A stretch of 64,000 nt of DNA from Eledone cirrhosa (taxonomy: Eukaryota), in the NCBI GenBank assembly GCA_964016885.1, contig OZ024741.1, positions 155,434,001-155,498,000 on the forward strand, in the 5' to 3' direction. Of the stretch, positions 56,666-64,000 are shown piece after piece; within the stretch, counting starts at the first letter, position 1, and each line of letters begins with the position of its first letter. Below the pieces are notes generated by a model, which was not told the origin of the DNA, made no database searches, and saw only the letters and a list, made by a program, of their open reading frames with translations. The translations under genes and the position numbers were made by a program.

Positions 56666-58151
56666 ATACGAAAATACCTAACTCCCTTAATCTTAAAAAA
56701 GCAATTAATAATAACATCTTATATCTTAATTCTCACAATAAACCTAATGATATATTACTTATTTCATTGACCCTTCAATCTAACCAAACCACATCTTTAC
56801 AATCCAATAAACCAGAGACACATATCCGAACAACTATAAATAACAAGAATAATACCCAAATACCAGGTCCAATCAATAAGGCTCCATTATTAAAACTCCC
56901 AATATCATCTATAAATCAAGCAAAAAACAATAAATCAAAAAGTAATACAATTCAAAAATCTATTAACAAATTTGTTCACACCCATAATAACAATCAATAA
57001 CAACCACAATATTATAGTATCATCAGATAACAAAATCTACCCTCAAACTGCTATACATACCCAATATAACAATGGGAAACCAATTAGAAACCATAAAAGA
57101 AACGTAACATAGTATAATGCTCCATTTAACTTGCAAACTATGGGCAAATCCCTAAGAATTTTTTACATTTCTCGATAAACATCTCGCACCTAACCACAAA
57201 TACCATCAAATCTTAAACAGATATACAGTAAAATTTTCTTACTCCACATCGAGCAATATACAACAAAAAATAAGTGCATATAATATCTATAAATGTAAAA
57301 AAAGCTCCATGTATACCTCTAGCACACCACACACAAACTAACTATAATATTACTACAACGCATAACCGGAATATTATTACCTATCCACCAGTTACATCCA
57401 CTCACTCACCTCACCAACACAATACATCAGCCTACAACCAACTACCATCTTCCTCATCCTTAATAGGAACTAAGAATTACATACCCAATCTGACCAATAA
57501 CTTCCAAAACAACCATGATTCTATAAACACTATATCCCCTATAATTTCACCAACTAACAACCCTTCGAGCCATGACCACCCAACCGAAAACCCTTCTCTC
57601 CCATATAAAAATGTAAATTCAAATACTAGCACTGTTATTGGGATTATAGCAAGCACATCTGAAACCCTATATACAAACGGTTGTAATTGTAGAGTAAAAA
57701 GTAATTGCCTCTTAAATGGAAATTGCTTAATTGATAATATAGTGTATAAATTTATAATTACCACTAAGGACTCTAATCAATCCTATATTGGATCCACATC
57801 TAATCCATTTAAATCGAAATTTTATGCACACACCCACAGTTTTCGAAACACAAGATTAGCTAATACCACTTCTTTAGCGGAAGCAGTTAATAATTGTAAA
57901 AAGAAGAAAATTAATTATAACCTAACTTGGAAGATTCTCAAAAGCCATTTCTTATCAGGGCAATAAAAAGGAGTGTGGACTATGTTCCCAAGAAATTTTT
58001 GAAACTACTAAATCGAAAGACATTCTATTAAATAAAAGACAAGAATTAATTATCGCATATAACCATAGAATTAGAAAGACATTCAAATATTATAAATACA
58101 ACTAAACAAATATAGAAAAAAATATAAAAGAATATATATATATATATATAT

Positions 58152-59233
58152 ATCATCATCATCATCACCATCATCACCGTTTTACGTCCCTTCTTCCACG
58201 CTAGCATGGGTTAGACGGGTTTTCCTGTTGTGGGCAGTGTCTGATCGGCTGACCATGCCTTGCTCATACAAGAACTGATTTGGCTTGATTTCTACAGCTG
58301 GATGCCCTTCCTAACACCAACCTCATTTACAGTGAGTGCTGGGTGTTTTTTCGTGGCGCCTACACGTCCACTTTACAGTGTGGGCTGGGTGCTTTTTTGC
58401 CGTGGCACCTCCACGACCACCTTGCAGTGGGAGGGTATGGGGGCATATTGTCTATATGCTTCAGCTTGTACCCATGGGAGGTCGGGTACTCTGTATTACT
58501 GCGTGACGCCAGAGGTCACGGTCGTGTGTCATCGCCTTTGAGAGGTGTAATTGGCTAAGGTCGGCTTTTATCACCTCATCCCAGGTCATCTTGGGTCTCC
58601 CCACTCCGCGGTTTTCATCGATTTCTAGTGCTCTGCACCTTTTTATGCAGCTGTCCTCCTTCATACGCATCACATGTCCATACCAACGCAACCGCCTCTC
58701 CTGCACACAGCATTTGATTCCTCTTATGCTCAGTCTCTCTCTCAATTCATTTATGCTTTGTCGTTCGCGTATATTACTATTACACATCCATCGGAGCATG
58801 CAGGCTTCGTTTCTCCCTAATCTACGTAAGTCTTCCACCTTCAGCGCCCAGGTCTCACTACCATGTAACATTGCTGTTCGGATACATGCATCATACAGTC
58901 TGCCTTTCATTCTGAGGGAGAAGCCTTTTGCAGCTAGCAGTGGTAGTAGTTCCCTGAACTTCTTCCATCCCGTTCTTACCCTAGTTATTGTACTTTCTGA
59001 ACACCCACCTCCGCTGCTAATTCGGTCACCTAGGTAGCAGAAGCTGTCTACTGTCTCTACAGAGCCCTTCCAGAGATCGGTGGTACTTGTTTCCTGTGGC
59101 TGTTTGCTGCTTGCTGTCCCAGTACAGCTGCTGCATGTGAAGCCTACATTCTTAATTAAGCTTCCTGAGATCCCGCTACATCTCTTGTGTACCCATTGTT
59201 TGCATTTGGGGCAGAGAATGGAGTTCCTACCTA
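58152..59233 (-). mobile_element. 5'-truncated RTE-clade LINE with (TGA)n tail
   Basis: ORF 58461-59233: CPKCKQWVHKRC..FTCSSC, FCYLGD, MLHGSETW, RRLRWYGHVMR, GRPKMTW, DRDLWR. Confidence 0.88.
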
Positions 59234-59254
59234 CACACACCCATATATATATAC

Positions 59255-59353
<99 letters not shown>

Positions 59354-60131
59354 ATTTTTGCTATAAGAATTACTCCATAGATTCAATCCTATATTTCATC
59401 CCTATAACTGTTTTAAATAATTAACTATTAATGAGCACTTTATATTACTTTATATTCAACACTCTAACAAAACATTAACAGACATGCATTTAAACCTATT
59501 AAGAATACCAAATTATTAATGAGATTTCTTATTCAAAAATAAAATTCCCTACAGGTAAAACTTCATTCTGACCACTCTAACACAATACAATATTTTATTA
59601 TTTTCTTACCTATATATTTTTTTTATCCACTTTTTACTTTTCTTTGGTTCCATCTATATTCCTCTACTTGTTCTATTAGAACAAATTATTCCTCTTGAAC
59701 AAAGAAATAACAAATATTTAGGATTGTTCTATACTATGCTAATTGATACAACACACTGATATTCGCACCCCTTTTCCTCCAACTTTAATCTCCCTTGACC
59801 GTCCATACTTTTCTAACATTTCTATACATTCTCTCTAAATACTTTTACACACTCATCTTTTTTTCTTAAAGGTCATTCGATACCTCATCCACTGACTGCT
59901 AATTTATTCATCTACTACTACCAGCTTAATGCCCCTTCCTATTTTTACTATTGGTCAATCTCAACCTTGTTCTTAAAAGGTTATTATTCATACATGTTTT
60001 TATATTATTTAATATACATAGCTCACTAATAGAATGAACATACGGAATACTACCCCAGAAACGATCGTAAAATAATGAGTTTTGCTATGAATTATCCGTA
60101 TTTTGTTTAATTTCATTGTTTTCACTATTTG

Positions 60132-60176
<45 letters not shown>

Positions 60177-60183
60177 CAAACGT

Positions 60184-60231
<48 letters not shown>

Positions 60232-60329
60232 ATATGTACTAAAAAAATACACACATACACCACCCTACACGTATTTATAGTAAAAAAATTACGAAAATCA
60301 TTGGTACAGAACAATATATTTGAAAGATG

Positions 60330-61990
60330 ATTAGAATGACTTTTCTTTTTTCTTTAATGATGAATTATTTTTAGGGAAAAGAATGATTCTCTATTTGAAA
60401 CTCACAAAAAAACAAGAAAAAAAAAAAACAAGAAAAAATCACGGAATCAAAGCTTACATTCTGAAACACTTGCGCACAGCGAAAATAGAAATAGACCCAT
60501 ATGAAAAAATAAATCAGATGAAAAATATTTGGAACAAATTTTTAAACGAAAGAAAGCAAGCACACTGGAAAGCTTTGAGGAATGAAAAGGTAGCAGACAC
60601 AATTGAACAATGGTGGTACAAAACACACGGGATTCTCATGAAAAAGTCTGTTTTTTGGAATAACATCGGAAACAAACGAAGAGAGAAGGATATGGATAAA
60701 TTTAGCACTCGAGTTGAGACTGGAATTACATTAATTTATCTCAGAATAACGTAATTCCAGGAGAAACTAAAAAACATGTGACACCTCCATACGTGAATAA
60801 ATCAACTCAAGAACAAGCAGCAATGCTTCTGAAATGGTTCGTGGGCTGTGGATAAACTATGCTATTTGGAGTTTGAATCCAAGAACATTTTGGAGTCAAA
60901 AACACTATCACAACTAGAATATGAAAAAAGTATCTATGGGAAAGAACAAATTATATCCCCAAACCAAGCCCATAAAAAAATCTTAGGACCTGGAAAGACC
61001 ACAGATATAAAAAATTAAAGGCAACAAAGAAACTCAAATTTCCGATTAGATGCAGATATAATAAATAACGGATCCAGATACAACCCCCGTCAAAATCCAC
61101 TAATAACTACCAGATGCCAAATAAAAGACGTATGAAAACAGAATGGAACAGAAATAGAGTGAAGGATTTACATGTAAACCAACAAGCAAAATTCTCACGA
61201 CACAGAACTTACTAGCACGGAGTGTTAACAAACAAGAGAACAAACAAGAGAATTTGAACAGAAACACCATCTTAAATAGGAATATTTTTTTAGGACAGGA
61301 GACTTCCCGTCAAGAAAAGAAAATCAAAACATCATCCTTCAAGTAGAACTAGAAGAAAAAGACACAATTGAGACTAAGATAATTACTCTATTTAACAAAC
61401 AACAGAACAAGAAATTAAACTTTTGGAGAATGGATTAAAGTTTACATCCACCCCGAAACCTTACTAAGCCGACCTTATAAAAGACAGAAGTTTGTTGAAT
61501 ACTACGTTTAAGAGAATTCTTTAAGATGAATCAATAGACAAAAACAAAGAGTTTCAAAGACCTATAAATAATTGTTTCTACTTTTGGCACAAGGACAGCA
61601 ATTATCCAGTACATTACCGGTACTTTATTTTATCGACCCCGTAAGGATGAAAGGCAAAGTTAACCTCGGCGGGATTTGAACTCAGAAAGACCTATAAATA
61701 ATTGTTTCTACTATTGGCACAAGGCCAGCAATTATCCAGTACATTACCGGTACTTTATTTTATCGACCCCGTAAGGATGAAAGGCAAAGTTAACCTCGGC
61801 GGGATTTGAACTCCTATAAATAATGACAGACATAAAGAAGAATACATAATCTGATTACGCCAATCTAATATTACAGAAAAAAATTATATTCCTAGAATAC
61901 ATAAAAACCAACTGTAAGCACTAAAGAACTTACAAGGAGACTCCTTTATAATTATCAAAGAAGCTGACAAGGGTGGAGCAATCCTAAAAA
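60330..61990 (+). pseudogene. Degenerate N-terminal part of a PLE ORF
   Basis: EQEIKLLENGLKFTSTPKP (about 61405-61460) and LKNLQGDSFIIIKEADKGGAI (61921-61983), conserved PLE N-terminal motifs; the 5' boundary is uncertain. Confidence 0.65.
61568..61813 (-). mobile_element. Two tandem 5'-truncated family B SINEs with a triplicated target site
   Basis: CCTATAAATAAT at 61561, 61691 and 61813. Confidence 0.85.
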
Positions 61991-62049
61991 TACCAAAATA
62001 ATCTAACAGAACGAAGTCAATTACTTGATTAGCGAAAATTCATAAAGTA

Positions 62050-62640
62050 AGACATAGAAGACAGCATATGTCGCTCATACTATGTTAAGTCAATTAGCTG
62101 GGGAAAAAGCTGTTCCTCGGTATATTTGTCATAAGTTTGGCCGAATATGCTTGTCAACTGCAGGACACTAAAGCCACCTCAAAAGTCACGAACACAATCC
62201 GCCAATAGATTATGCTCAATTCATTGCAGAATCATTTATCTGTGATGTATGCAGACATGTCTGCAAGTGTCCCCCGGACTCACGAGATATTTGAAAACCC
62301 ATAATGATTTTCCACCTGAGAGGCCTAACCATCAGGCCTAAAACACAGATTTAGTTTGCAGTATTTCCGGCAAACTCTGTAAGTCTCTCAGCGGCTTCAA
62401 AAGTCACTCTCAATCTCACGTTCATAGGAACAGTTATAAGTCTACCTGTTAGTGATGGTCAAGCTAATTTAACGAGTAGACAGCCATCATACATGTATGT
62501 ATGTATGTATGTATGTATGTATGTATGTATGTATGTATGTATGTATGTATGTATGTATGTATGTATGTATGTATGTATGTATGTATCTATGTATGTGTGT
62601 ATGTATTTATGTATGTATGTATGTATGTATGTATGTATGT
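62050..62640 (+). mobile_element. RTE-like 3' fragment with three degenerate C2H2 fingers and a (TATG)n tail
   Basis: YICHKFGRICLSTAGH*SHLKSH; FICDVCRHVCK..GLTRYLKTH; LVCSISGKLCKSLSGFKSHSQSH; ends AACGAGTAGACAGCCATCAT. Confidence 0.65.
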
Positions 62641-62641
62641 A

Positions 62642-63113
62642 TAACAAAACCTGTCAAAACCTGTCAAAAGGCAAAGGGGCTCTTAAGAGTCAATAGCCAT
62701 CCAAAATCACCGGGAGAGATGATCCCTTAGCCTTTGTCAAGGCAGAATTCTAGGAGAAGGAAAACTCTGATATAACACCTGCAACCCTGATGGTATCCAA
62801 TGATGTTGACTTGTTCTTCTTTTTGGTAAATATCATCTTCGTTAAGAGAGTGGGACTGGCTTTGTGCAGTGCCTTTGCTCACTATAAAAGCTTCACGGCA
62901 CAGGCATTACTTTATATCTGGAGATCTCTCTGCACTTGTCGTCACATGGTACCAGCACTGTGTGTCAATAATTGTCACAAGTGTAGTGTTTGTGCCAGAG
63001 TTTTCAAGTCGCTGGCTGGACTAAAAAGTCACACCCGTTCAGCGCATCGGTAGGAGTTCTCCTACATGGATATAAAGTAGTGGCCGTACTCGAAAACGAG
63101 TTGGCAGCCACCA
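62642..63113 (+). mobile_element. RTE-derived family A copy
   Basis: Matches 62-531; ends CHKCSVCARVFKSLAGLKSHTRSAHR*. Confidence 0.8.
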
Positions 63114-63836
63114 TATGTATATATGTATGTATGTAAGTCGGTAGGTAGGTATGCATATATGTATATATATATATGTTCTATAACCATATATCTAAAAAAA
63201 TACGCCAGAGAAGCCACGTAACATGACGTTGAGGTAGCCAATTAGTATATCTGCTTAATTATTAACATCCTGCAATGATTTAGCTGAAACTATCTAAAAA
63301 CGGGTTTGTTAATTCAAATGTATCTTTACAAGTAGACAGAATCCTGCAAAAATTTGTGGTAATTCTGTAATGATTCAGCAAAAAATATCTAAGAAGATAT
63401 TTGTTAATTCAAATGTTCATAGACATTTTACCAATGATCGAATCACTGCGCAAATTTGCAGAATTAACGTTTCTTATCCTATAATAAAAGGAGTTTGGTG
63501 AAAACATTTTACAATGTGTTTGTTAATTGAAATGTTTATAGTATCTTTACAACAGACTGTTGTAAAACATTTGCTGTGTTTTCTTGTAACATTCTGTTAT
63601 AATTTAGGAGAAGAAATCTAAAAATCGTCACAACTATCACCACCGCCATCACATGCTCACACGACCATATAGACGTGCGTACGCGTGGACATATATCCGT
63701 GAGGGAGTTTGCGCGTATCTGAAGGTGTACGTGCGAGAGAGTATGTGTCTCTAAATGAAATGAATCCTTGTAATGTCGGCTTCACACGCACACAGAGGCG
63801 CATAAACACACACACACACACACGCGCGCACACGCA

Positions 63837-63873
<37 letters not shown>

Positions 63874-64000
63874 TTTATTAGAAAGAGGGAGATGGAGAGA
63901 ATGGGAGAGAGATAGAGTGAGAAAGAGAGAGAAGAAGGTAAATACGCATCAATATATGTAAACGTTTGTGTATAAATATATTACACACACACACACACAC

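Larger units (their letters stand above)
56180..60135 (+). mobile_element. Degenerate 5'-truncated PLE with an inverted arm, hosting a SINE and an RTE insertion
   Basis: 56313-56435 is inverted with 60014-60135; ORF remnants KRNVT*YNAPFN, TVKFSYS, CNCRVKSNCLLNGNC..NIVY..YIGST..FKSK (57090-58100). Confidence 0.8.

Noticed and set aside
60004-60080. GAAA-CGAUCG-UA palindromic helix III in the pseudo-LTR of the 56-60 kb PLE (also 56370-56455 minus)
   Set aside because: No convincing CUGANGA or UUGANAA with matching stems I and II; probably a decayed HHR, not called.
63240-63620. Degenerate repeats of TTTGTTAATT(C/G)AAATGT
   Set aside because: Too diverged to assign to an element or function.

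Overview
AT-rich eukaryotic DNA saturated with microsatellites, with no recognisable host protein-coding gene; the SINE/RTE/PLE repertoire suggests an octopod cephalopod (inference). Most ORFs in the track are artefacts of (TA)n, (CA)n, (TATG)n and (CAC)n repeats. The real content is retroelements: at least 7 Penelope-like element (PLE) ORF remnants (RT and/or GIY-YIG), a 3'-truncated Tx1/L1 LINE, RTE and R4-like LINE fragments, non-autonomous RTE derivatives, tRNA-derived SINEs, a hAT transposase relic and a 78-bp minisatellite. The main result from reading the DNA is about 9-10 distinct families of minimal type I hammerhead ribozymes (HHR). They lie in PLE pseudo-LTRs and in non-coding 420-600 nt terminally redundant, retrozyme-like elements inserted into (TA)n as inverted-arm structures. 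Two families carry a U3-A8 catalytic-core variant with a long stem II, and two small insertions begin exactly at a predicted self-cleavage site. All folds were derived by eye; nothing was computed or searched.
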